Assembly: GCA_965207225.1 (NCBI GenBank)
Contig: CBDBLV010000005.1
Coordinates: 160,001-224,000, forward strand
Length of the DNA stretch: 64,000 nucleotides
Direction: 5' to 3'
Origin: Dehalococcoidia bacterium
GTDB lineage: Bacteria; Chloroflexota; Dehalococcoidia; Plut-88900
Of this stretch, positions 36,257 to 44,911 are shown in pieces (position 1 is the stretch's first letter; every line of letters starts with the position of its first letter). The notes beneath the pieces were generated by a model. The model was not told where the DNA came from. It was given only the letters and a program-made list of their open reading frames with translations, and ran no database searches. A program made the translations under genes and the position numbers.

Positions 36257-38005
36257 TTAGTCTTCAAGGGTGGAGGTATCGCCCTCGGGGAGGCCGAGTT
36301 CGCGGGCCTTGAGGAGACGGCGCATGATCTTGCCGCTGCGGGTCTTGGGCAGGGTGTCGATGAAGTCGATCTCCCGTGGTGCGACCGCAGGTGAGAGCTT
36401 CTGGCGGGCGAAGCGCATCAGCTCGCGGCGGAGGGAGTCGGACTGCTCGAAGCCGTCCTTGAGGGAGACAAAGGCCTTGACGACCTCCATGGCTATGGGG
36501 TCGGGCTTGCCGATGACACCGGCCTCGGCGACGGCAGGGTGCTCGATGAGTGCGCTTTCCACCTCGAAGGGCCCGACCAGGTGTCCGGCTGTGTTGATCA
36601 CGTCGTCGGCGCGGCCGACGAACCAGAAGTAGCCGTCCTCGTCCATGCGGGCCTTGTCGCCGGTGATGTACCAGCCGTTCTGGAAGCGGGAGTTGTAGCG
36701 TTCCTCATTGCGCCAGTAGGTCTTGAACATGGAGGGCCAGCCGGGCCTGATGGCGAGGTGGCCTTCCTGCCCGGCGGGCAACTCGTTGTACTCGTCGTCG
36801 AGGATGCCGGCAGTGATGCCGGGGGTGGGGCGGCCCATGGAGCCGGGCTTGATGTCCTGGATTGGGTAGTTGGAGATGAGGATGGAACCGGTCTCGGTCT
36901 GCCACCAGGTGTCGTGGAAGGGGAGGCCGAAGACGCGTTCGCTCCAGATCACGGCCTCGGGGTTGAGGGGCTCGCCGACGCTGGTGATGTAGCGGAGGGA
37001 CGAGAGGTCGTGGCGTTTGACGACCTCGTCTCCGGCCTTCATGAGCATACGGATGGCGGTCGGGGCGGTGTACCAGACGGTGACGCCGTACTTTTCGATG
37101 ACCCGGTACCAGCCCGACGCCCCAAAACCACCCTCGTAAATGATCTGGGTTACGCCGTTGGTCCAGGGCGCAACCATGCCGTAGGAGGTGCCGGTGACCC
37201 ATCCGGGGTCGGCGGTGCACCAGTAGATGTCGTCGGCGTGGAGGTCCAGGGCCCACTTGCCGGTGGCGTACTGCTGGTAGGCGGCACGGTGTGCGTGGGC
37301 CGCGCCCTTGGGCTTGCCCGTGGTCCCCGAGGTGTAGTGCATTATGTCGTAGTCTTCCTCGGTGGTGCGGACGATTTCGAAGTCCTCCGAGGCGGAGGAC
37401 ATGGCCTCTTCGTAGCTGATGTCGCCCGCGTCCAGGGGGCCCTCATCGCGGTTGTTCTTGTTGACGATGATGACGTGCTTGAGGTCGGGGAGGTCGCCGA
37501 GTATGCCGCCGATCTTCTTGCGGAGCTTGGGGCTGGTGATGAGCACCTTGGCCCCCGAGTCCTCCATGCGGTCTCTAACGGGGTCGGGGCCGAAGGCAGA
37601 GAAAAGGGGCCCGGCGATGGCGCCGGCTTTCAGGATGCCGAAGAAGGCGAAGTAGAGCTCGGGGACCCGGTCCATGAATATGAAGACGCGGTCTCCAAGC
37701 TCGACGCCCAGACCGGAGAGGACGTTGGCGAACTTGTTGGACTGGGCCTTGAAGTCTGCGAAGGTGTAGGTCTCCTCCTCTCCGTTGGCCCCTAGCCAGT
37801 GGAAGGCTACCTTGTCACCCTTGCCGTGGACCACGTGCCGATCGATGGCTTCGTAGGCGAGGTTGAGGCCGCCGCCGGGAAGACCGTCAAGCTCGGCCTT
37901 GATGGTGTCCCAGGAGAAGTCGTCGCGGGCGGCATCGTAGTCGGGGATGTTGGGCGTGACCTGGATTTCGCTGAGAGCGGGCTTGGCGATAAGGTTGTCG
38001 GCCAT
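36257..38005 (-). CDS. acsA: Acetate--CoA ligase (AMP-forming)
   Basis: YTSGTTGKPKG, WCTADPGWVTG, SVGEPLNPE, DTWWQTETG, LPKTRSGKIMRR. Confidence 0.93.
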   Translation of the reverse strand: MADNLIAKPALSEIQVTPNIPDYDAARDDFSWDTIKAELDGLPGGGLNLAYEAIDRHVVHGKGDKVAFHWLGANGEEETYTFADFKAQSNKFANVLSGLGVELGDRVFIFMDRVPELYFAFFGILKAGAIAGPLFSAFGPDPVRDRMEDSGAKVLITSPKLRKKIGGILGDLPDLKHVIIVNKNNRDEGPLDAGDISYEEAMSSASEDFEIVRTTEEDYDIMHYTSGTTGKPKGAAHAHRAAYQQYATGKWALDLHADDIYWCTADPGWVTGTSYGMVAPWTNGVTQIIYEGGFGASGWYRVIEKYGVTVWYTAPTAIRMLMKAGDEVVKRHDLSSLRYITSVGEPLNPEAVIWSERVFGLPFHDTWWQTETGSILISNYPIQDIKPGSMGRPTPGITAGILDDEYNELPAGQEGHLAIRPGWPSMFKTYWRNEERYNSRFQNGWYITGDKARMDEDGYFWFVGRADDVINTAGHLVGPFEVESALIEHPAVAEAGVIGKPDPIAMEVVKAFVSLKDGFEQSDSLRRELMRFARQKLSPAVAPREIDFIDTLPKTRSGKIMRRLLKARELGLPEGDTSTLED

Positions 38006-38111
38006 GGATCCACCTCCGTGAGCGGCGCGGGCGCGGGGCCCGGGCGGGTTCTACACGGCCCAAAATGTAATGCAAGGGGTCGGGGGTAGTCAACGCGGGG
38101 GAAGGGCTGGG

Positions 38112-38588
38112 TCAATTGAGGCAGAACATTTGCATAAGCTCGTTGAGAATCTCATGCATGACCGGGAACTGAGAGCGAGTCAGTGTATCCTTGATAATTT
38201 CCTCGCCCGTGCTTGGGTCAAATAAGTGACGGTGATAAATGTTTTCCTCATCAAGGTGCATGTTATCGTAGCGGAGCACATTATGCCTACCCGGAAACCA
38301 CGCATTGTAGGAATAGATTGACATCCGCACCCGTCGATTACGCGATTTATCTAATGCTCCTGTCTTACGTATCTCGAGATTTAGGCCATTCTCGAAGACG
38401 ATGAAGCCCCTCACAACTAGCATGTCGTGAGGGGCTTGCGGTTGCAATACTGGCGTGAAGTCTAGGCTGGATTCCTCCATTAGAACATAGGGATGATTCT
38501 CAAGATGCATCTCATGAAGGTATATGTAGTTGTCTAGGGGATTCCAGTTGTGGGGGTCTCCCCTCTGATCATCCTTAAGGTCTGCCAT
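38112..38588 (-). CDS. DUF6516/TumE-like toxin
   Basis: YSYNA...VLRYDNMH...YHRH motif; low GC. Confidence 0.65.
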   Translation of the reverse strand: MADLKDDQRGDPHNWNPLDNYIYLHEMHLENHPYVLMEESSLDFTPVLQPQAPHDMLVVRGFIVFENGLNLEIRKTGALDKSRNRRVRMSIYSYNAWFPGRHNVLRYDNMHLDEENIYHRHLFDPSTGEEIIKDTLTRSQFPVMHEILNELMQMFCLN

Positions 38589-38836
38589 GTCCAAACCCAG
38601 TTAGAAACATCGCGTGTCTCGGGCATTTCACCGAGGTGGAGACTTCTGAGCATCGTTTCAGAAGACATGCTGTGTCTACGCTCATAATCTTCGAGTTGTT
38701 GACTTAGGAGTCTCTGCAACTCTCGAGCATCCGACTCAGAGCGGACTAGAGCCGTTTCGATGCGCTCTTTTATGTCCGCACGCCATTCGGATTCTGCTCT
38801 CTGTCCGTTACCATTCTTTCTCACAATGATGCCCAT
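38534..38836 (-). CDS. Putative antitoxin (TumA-like)
   Basis: LEDYERRHSMSSE...GEMPE...W motif; overlaps the toxin start; RBS GGAG. Confidence 0.6.
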   Translation of the reverse strand: MGIIVRKNGNGQRAESEWRADIKERIETALVRSESDARELQRLLSQQLEDYERRHSMSSETMLRSLHLGEMPETRDVSNWVWTWQTLRMIRGETPTTGIP

Positions 38837-39233
38837 GTTAGTCTCCCGCAGACTTTGGGCCTGAAGTTGACAAAGCTCCACCAAGCCCATATACTCCCTT
38901 TGTCTCGAGAGAACTCATGGGACAGCAATCATAAAGGGTGTTGCCGCACCCTCTTGAGTGCCTACCCAATATACTACATATAGGGTTCAGCATCAACGAC
39001 CCCACAATTTGTGGGGTTATTTCTTTTGTACAAACTCCTGGTAAATGGCCTATTTCCCGGAGAAGCTTTGGGGCGGTGAACGCCCAACTAATCACTTGGA
39101 GGCCAGCTTGCAGAGCTTGCAGTTTTTCTTGAGGCTCACTAAGTAGTGCCCCCACACTTCGGGGCGGACTTCGGCTTCTTGCTAGCTTTCTTGTCGCCGT
39201 TCCTAGCGCCTTCCAATGCCGCCGTCGTCTGAC

Positions 39234-40655
39234 CTATGCACCCGACAGGAACTCGTTGTAGGTTACGAGCTTGCGGTAGGCGTTGGCGCTGCGGTGGAAG
39301 GTGGGGAAGGAGGGGATGCCACGGGCCAGGAGCCGGTCACGCATGTCTATGGCGGCGACTTCCTGGTCGACGGGGCAGACGGTGCAGAAGTAGGGCTTCT
39401 TGGTGCGCTCCCGGTGGTTGGCCAGGATATCAATCAGGCCGCTCACGTAGCCTTCGCCCATCGACTCCCGACGGTCCAGCAACGAGGTGGTCAGCTCGGT
39501 GGTGATGGCGTCGACGGTCGGGTCCCGTTCGAGGATGTCGAGGATGCGGACGAGGACGGTCTGGTCGGGGAGGTTGGAGCTGATGTCCAGGGGGTTGCGG
39601 TAGCTGGCACCGATGACGCTGAAGAATTGCGAGAGTTCTTCGTAGCTGGAGTCGCTGAGGGGGCCGATGGTGAAGCCCTGCTTGGCGAAGGCGTCGACGG
39701 CGGCGACGGCCTGTCCTCCGGTAAGGGCCATGACGCCCATGCGCTCGCCGGTGGACGGGGCGATGTAGAGGAGGCCCTTGAGCACATCGACGAGCTCTTC
39801 GAGGCTGTGGACGGGGAGGGCGCCGCACTGGCGGACGAGGGACTCCCAGACGGTGTACTCGGTGGCGAGGGAGGCGGTATGGGAGGAGACGGCCCGGGCC
39901 CCGTCCGAGGTCTGGCCGCCCTTCCAGATGACAACGGGTTTGCGCTTGCAGACGTCCTTGAGCACGTCGAAGAAGCGACGCCCGTTCTTGACGCCCTCCA
40001 CGTACATGCCGATCATCTTCGTCTCGGGATCCTGGCCGAGGTATTCGAGGTAGTCGGGGACGTCAAGGACAATGGCGTTGCCGAGGCTGACCAGCTTGCT
40101 GACCTTCACCCCATGGGCTCCGCCCAGCAGGCTGAAGTACATGCTCTGGGTGCCACTCTGGCCGATGAAGCCCACGGGCCCGGCCTCTCCGGCGTACTGC
40201 TGGGGGGTGAAGCGGACGCCCCGGCCGGGGATGAAGAGGCCCATGCAGTTGGGCCCAACCAGCATGAAGTTAGCATCCCGGGCCATCTGCTGCATCTGGT
40301 TTTGGAGGGCTATCCCCTCCTCCTCGGCGGTCTCGGCGAAACCGGATGTGAAGAAAGTGGCTCCTCCGACTCTCTTTTCGATGCACTGCTGGAGGACCAT
40401 GGGGGCGAACTTGCGGGGTACGGAGACGATGACGAAGTCTATGTCGTCGGGGACATCGAGGATGCTCTTGAAGTTCTGATACCCCATGGCCTCGATGTTG
40501 GGGATCTCCCGCTCGTCGATCTGGACGGAGTAGACGGGGCCCTTGAAGGTGCTCATGGAGTTGAGCCAAGAGTAGCCGAGGGCCTGCTTGTCGCCGATGA
40601 CGGCGGCGGTTTTCGGGTTGAAGAGTCGGTCGAACTTGGATACGTCGATGGTCAT
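39234..40655 (-). CDS. ADP-forming acyl-CoA ligase, CoA-binding (alpha) subunit
   Basis: LFNPK, SGFAE, VGPNCMG, QSG, VSLGN, YVEG, KGG...SHTASLA. Confidence 0.9.
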   Translation of the reverse strand: MTIDVSKFDRLFNPKTAAVIGDKQALGYSWLNSMSTFKGPVYSVQIDEREIPNIEAMGYQNFKSILDVPDDIDFVIVSVPRKFAPMVLQQCIEKRVGGATFFTSGFAETAEEEGIALQNQMQQMARDANFMLVGPNCMGLFIPGRGVRFTPQQYAGEAGPVGFIGQSGTQSMYFSLLGGAHGVKVSKLVSLGNAIVLDVPDYLEYLGQDPETKMIGMYVEGVKNGRRFFDVLKDVCKRKPVVIWKGGQTSDGARAVSSHTASLATEYTVWESLVRQCGALPVHSLEELVDVLKGLLYIAPSTGERMGVMALTGGQAVAAVDAFAKQGFTIGPLSDSSYEELSQFFSVIGASYRNPLDISSNLPDQTVLVRILDILERDPTVDAITTELTTSLLDRRESMGEGYVSGLIDILANHRERTKKPYFCTVCPVDQEVAAIDMRDRLLARGIPSFPTFHRSANAYRKLVTYNEFLSGA

Positions 40656-41359
40656 CAGCGGGCCTGCTCTTCGAGGATGATGCGGGCGTCGACGGCGGTG
40701 AGGCCGTCCTTGTAGGCGAAAATAGGGTTGAGGTCGATCTCCTTGATCTCGTCGTGTTGCTGGACGAACTCGGAGAGCTTGAGGAGGGTGTCTTCGAGCT
40801 TTTCGATGTCGGCGGGCTCCTGGCCGCGGTAGCCCTCCAGGACGGGGAAGCCCTTGATTTCACGGATCATGCTGCGGGCGTCCCTCTTGGTGAGGGGGAC
40901 GATGCGGAAGGCGACGTCCTTGAGGATTTCGACCATGATGCCGCCGAGGCCGAACATGAGGACGGGGCCGAACTGGGCGTCCTTGGACATGCCGATGATG
41001 ACTTCCGTGCCGGGTCGAGCCATGCCCTGTACGGAGACGCCTTCGATGGTGGCACCGGGCTGGTTGGCGTTGATGGAGGCGACGATGTCGTCGTAGGCGG
41101 CGGCGGTCTCGGCTTCGTTCTTGAGCCCGAGCTTCACGCCGCCCATGTCGCTCTTGTGGACGACGTCGGGGGAGATGACCTTGAGGACAACGGGAAAGCC
41201 GATGGCCTTTGCCTGCTCGACAGCCTGGTCACGGGAGGTGGCGAGGGTGGCCTGGGTGGTGTCGATGCCGGCGTCGCGAAGGACCTGCTTGGACTCGACC
41301 TCGTTAAGGAAGGTGCGTCCCTCGCTCTGGGCGCTCTGCAGGGTCTGGCTCTGGGTCAT
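40655..41359 (-). CDS. ADP-forming acyl-CoA ligase, ATP-grasp (beta) subunit
   Basis: GFPVVLKVISPDVVHKSDMGGV, FGPVLMFGLGG, EIDLNP, AVDARI. Confidence 0.92.
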   Translation of the reverse strand: MTQSQTLQSAQSEGRTFLNEVESKQVLRDAGIDTTQATLATSRDQAVEQAKAIGFPVVLKVISPDVVHKSDMGGVKLGLKNEAETAAAYDDIVASINANQPGATIEGVSVQGMARPGTEVIIGMSKDAQFGPVLMFGLGGIMVEILKDVAFRIVPLTKRDARSMIREIKGFPVLEGYRGQEPADIEKLEDTLLKLSEFVQQHDEIKEIDLNPIFAYKDGLTAVDARIILEEQAR

Positions 41360-42115
41360 GGGGTGTCCTCCTTGGGCGGCTGTGCCGTGGGGGAGGATAG
41401 CAACGGGGCTGGTCGGGTGTCAACGCGGGGGTTTATTCGGTTGTGGGGTGAGGTTTTGATTGTTCTTTTGGGTTTTTGGAGGGGGTTGGCGATGGAAGGC
41501 CCGGGACTCAATTTCAGGGGGCGGGAGGCCAGCCTGGTTCAGCCCCGTGTTCCTGTGTCACATGGCAGACAAGCGAAGGGTTCTCGCCTGAGGGCGTCTC
41601 TACCACCAGTTTTTCAGTCTTCCTGCCCCACTCGGAGGGGTGGGGAGGTGTTTTCTCGCTGCCGTCGCTGGGTTTATGGGTATCTCCGAAGGGAATGACG
41701 GGGGAGATTTTTCAAGGGCCGTAAAGCCCGAGGTTTTTCGGCAGGGCTCCTATATGAGGGGCGTGCCGCTTAATGTTGTGGACCTTCCATCGCCTGGATG
41801 GATAGGGAAGGGGTACGGGACCCGTGGTGAGGGGATAATATCCCTGGCTTGTGCCTCGGGCCTGCGCGGGGCCGTTAGGACAGGCTGGGACGTTGAGTCC
41901 TCGGGGTGGGGTCTTGGGGGCTTCCCTGGGTTTTTGGTTCCTCCTTGGATGATGTGAGTTAGTGTTCGATCGGACGCAGGACATGATAGTACCGTCGGAC
42001 AGGTGTGTCAAGAGCAAATGTGCGGCTTTTTGGAGGGAATATCTGAACTGTGATTCATGGGCTTGATGGATTGGTTGGGGGGAGGGAATGCAAGTCCTAG
42101 CCTGGTTGGCGGGCA

Positions 42116-42385
42116 GGGTACCCACAAGGGGCACCCCTACAGGGGAGGGGATGCCCCCAACCCTCGCAGGGAACCCTCACCCCCTTGGTCCCCCTCTCCC
42201 TTAGGGCCTTTAAGGGAGAGGGGGAGAGAAAAACAGAGGCCCACGTGGGTGCGTCGCACCCACGTGGGCCTCTAGTTCAGTACGGGGGGAGGAGAGGGAT
42301 GGGGGTGGGGTCGGGTTGGCCATCGGAGGCTCGCCCCAGCTCCTTAAGGGGCTCGGAGCAGACTAAGCTCGGGGTGAGCGGCCTC
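42116..42385 (+). repeat. Repeat array (families E, G, degenerate C)
   Basis: GGGTACCCACAAGGGGCACCCCTAC; family G at 42170-42290 with hairpin 42235-42273. Confidence 0.8.
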
Positions 42386-42411
42386 TCCCAAGGGGGAGGA
42401 GAAATCCATCG

Positions 42412-42711
42412 CTAGGCTAGAGAGAAGATACCGCTTTCCTCGGTGAGACGTAAGTCCCTGAGATTACAGATACGCTTAAGGGCGCTGATTGTGTTTTCGT
42501 CGCTTGCCTTGAAATTGACCAATCCAGTTTGGTCGAATTCCTTGAGTCTGAGGATGATGCTGTCAATGAAAGAAGGGGTGATGACCAAAGGGCCGTCCAA
42601 ATCCAAGACGAGCTTCCTGTCCAAGAACGAGGACAACTCTCTATAAGCCTCGTTGCCGCGTTCGCGCGTGGAATAAACGGGTACTAAATTGGTGACAGAA
42701 ACGGTGTCCAC
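42412..42711 (-). CDS. STAS-like (DUF4325-type) protein
   Basis: STRERG, LVLDLDG, ITPSFID; follows the HATPase gene. Confidence 0.6.
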   Translation of the reverse strand: MDTVSVTNLVPVYSTRERGNEAYRELSSFLDRKLVLDLDGPLVITPSFIDSIILRLKEFDQTGLVNFKASDENTISALKRICNLRDLRLTEESGIFSLA

Positions 42712-42723
42712 CTACATCGCTCC

Positions 42724-43539
42724 TTATAGAGGAATTGTAATCTGCACTTGCACCCCTGGCAAATCATAGGCTGCTGTGCTGCTCATCAGATTGTATCTGG
42801 TGCCCGGGTTAGCAATGACGTAGCCTTCGCCTGTCGACAGGAACAGGGAGCCGTTAAGGCGCTCAACATTTTCCTTAATTGTGGACAAACCTGTCCCGCC
42901 TTCGTCCTTGCTGGTAACGCCGTCTTCAAAAGCCCTGACTGCCGCAGCCCGGTCATTAGACACATGATATTTCGGAGACAGGTTTTGGCGGATACCCACA
43001 CCACTGTCAGCGAGTGCTATCTCAACATAATGGCCGTCAGGGAACAGCTGGAAAATCATACATGCCGGCGTGTTGATTTGAGAACGGGAATGCCTCACTG
43101 CATTGTCGATAAGCTCTACTACGATGGTTGATATGGCTGAAGGACTGATATGAAGATCCCATTCCTGAAGGATCTCCTGCGTCCATTGTTCAAGGTCTTC
43201 GGCAATCCGGGGTTCGGCAAGAATGTCCAGGGGGACTATATCCTCAAATGAAGTGGGTTTGACCGTTTGCAGTTTGGGTTGCGCCCCATCCCCCTCGAAT
43301 ACGAAGTTAAATCGATCCCAGAAATTCTGTGAATCTAGATATCGTCTGAGTGCACTGGACCTGGATACTCTTATGGTGAATAGCTTTTCTCGCGAGTTCC
43401 AGTATCTAACAAAGGTGCCGAGATAGATGACCGCAAATGGCCCTATACTCTCCACTGAGCGGAGATCTATTGTCGGCTTGGCAGGGTTCATGTCGATGCT
43501 GGAACAAAACGAGGCAATATTGTCTCGGGTCAGCCGCAT
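42724..43539 (-). CDS. HATPase_c (anti-sigma-kinase-like) ATP-binding protein with a STAS-like N-terminus
   Basis: ELIDNAVRHS, ADSGVGI, GGTGL, PGV; low GC. Confidence 0.8.
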   Translation of the reverse strand: MRLTRDNIASFCSSIDMNPAKPTIDLRSVESIGPFAVIYLGTFVRYWNSREKLFTIRVSRSSALRRYLDSQNFWDRFNFVFEGDGAQPKLQTVKPTSFEDIVPLDILAEPRIAEDLEQWTQEILQEWDLHISPSAISTIVVELIDNAVRHSRSQINTPACMIFQLFPDGHYVEIALADSGVGIRQNLSPKYHVSNDRAAAVRAFEDGVTSKDEGGTGLSTIKENVERLNGSLFLSTGEGYVIANPGTRYNLMSSTAAYDLPGVQVQITIPL

Positions 43540-43687
43540 GGCGGGAGTTTATCATGCTATGTCGGGATTATTGCCTGACCTGGAGCTCCACTTAAAGTGG
43601 TATGGCCAAGTCGTTGCCTCACCGCTCCACAGCATGAAGGTGGGCAGATAGTGGCAGGTTGGTGACGATGAACGGCCACCCCGTTCC

Positions 43688-43770
43688 GTTCAGTTGACCC
43701 TTCGACTTCGCTCAGGGTGAACGGAATTCCCTCCCCTTGGGATGGATTCCCGATCGGAGTCGGGAATGAC
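43688..43770 (+). repeat. Repeat families C + B
   Basis: CCCTTCGACTTCGCTCAGGGTGAACGG; GATGGATTCCCGATCGGAGTCGGGAATGAC. Confidence 0.85.
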
Positions 43771-43795
43771 AAAAGAATAGGTAAGGAGTTTGGAA

Positions 43796-44599
43796 ATGGG
43801 TGATGGATTTTTGGGGAAAGTGGCGCTGGTGACGGGTGGGGGGTCCGGGATTGGGAGGGCGAGTTGTTTTGCTTTTGCCCGGGAGGGGGCCCGGGTGGCG
43901 GTGGCGGATGTGGATATGGCAGGGGCGGAGGAGACGGTGCGGTTGATCGAGGAGGCCGGGGGGAGTGGGGTGGGGTTTCGGGTCGATGTGACGAAGGCCG
44001 GGGGGAGTGGGGTGGGGTTTCGGGTCGATGTGACGAAGGCCGGGGAGGTGGAGTCGCTGGTTGAAAGGGTCGTGGAGGAGTTTGGGAGGCTGGACTGCGC
44101 TTTCAATAACGCGGGTGTCGGGGGAAAGGTGATGAACACCCACGAGTACCCGGAGGACGACTGGGACCGGGTTATCGACGTGAACCTGAAGGGCGTGTGG
44201 CTGTGCATGAGGTACGAGATCCCGGTGATGCTGAGGCAGGGCGGTGGGGCTATTGTGAACACGGCGTCGATATACGGGCTGTCGGGGGCGGGGGGATACA
44301 TTGCGTACAATGCGGCGAAGCACGGGGTGGTGGGTGTGACGAAGACGGCGGCGCTGGAGTATGCGGAGGTCGGGATACGGGTGAATGCGATGTGCCCGGG
44401 CTACATCTTGACGCCGATGACGATCCCGGGCATCGAGGCCAATCCTGAGCTGGAGCGGAGGATGGTTTCGCAGACGCCGATGGGTCGGATGGGGAAGCCG
44501 GAGGAGATTGCGGAGGCGGTTGTGTGGCTGTGCTCGGATGGGGCGTCGTTCGTGACGGGGCATACGATGACGCCGGATGGGGGGTACATGGCGCAGTAG
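43796..44599 (+). CDS. SDR-family oxidoreductase
   Basis: TGGGSGIG, NNAG, YNAAKHG, IRVNAMCPG. Confidence 0.93.
   Translation: MGDGFLGKVALVTGGGSGIGRASCFAFAREGARVAVADVDMAGAEETVRLIEEAGGSGVGFRVDVTKAGGSGVGFRVDVTKAGEVESLVERVVEEFGRLDCAFNNAGVGGKVMNTHEYPEDDWDRVIDVNLKGVWLCMRYEIPVMLRQGGGAIVNTASIYGLSGAGGYIAYNAAKHGVVGVTKTAALEYAEVGIRVNAMCPGYILTPMTIPGIEANPELERRMVSQTPMGRMGKPEEIAEAVVWLCSDGASFVTGHTMTPDGGYMAQ
43953..44045 (+). repeat. Exact 42-bp in-frame tandem duplication within the SDR gene
   Basis: AGGSGVGFRVDVTK twice; AGGCCGGGG at 43953, 43995, 44037. Confidence 0.95.
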
Positions 44600-44608
44600 G
44601 GAACTTAA

Positions 44609-44900
44609 GAACCCTCACCCCCTTTATCCCCCTCTCCCTTAGGGCCAATAAGGGAGAGGGGGAGAGAAGAATAGGGGTAGGCACGCCCGCCAAGCGGGCG
44701 TGCCTACCCCTAATTCGGTACCGGTGGGGGAGGACAAACCCTCACCCCCTTGGTCCCCCTCTCCCTTGGGGCCTATATGAGATAGGGGGATAGGAAAACA
44801 GAGCGCCGCACCTGTGCATTTTGCGCAGGTGCGGCGCTCTAGTTCAGTGCTGGGGTGGGAGGGGTACCACGGAATCTGCCTCTAATTCGGTAGTGGGGGG
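44609..44900 (+). repeat. Tandem family G repeats
   Basis: Hairpins at 44672-44712 and 44800-44840, plus a relic tail near 44875-44900. Confidence 0.8.
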
Positions 44901-44911
44901 ATGAGGAAGGG

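Noticed and set aside
39090-39215. Possible frameshifted micro zinc-finger (KCG..HY...CKLC) on the minus strand
   Set aside because: Requires a frameshift in a G run, has no RBS, and is too short to support.
42268-42292. Family G tail translating as LVQYGGR, reminiscent of some recombinase C-termini or att sites
   Set aside because: Not conserved as a reading frame in the other copies and no match to the end of the recombinase in this window.
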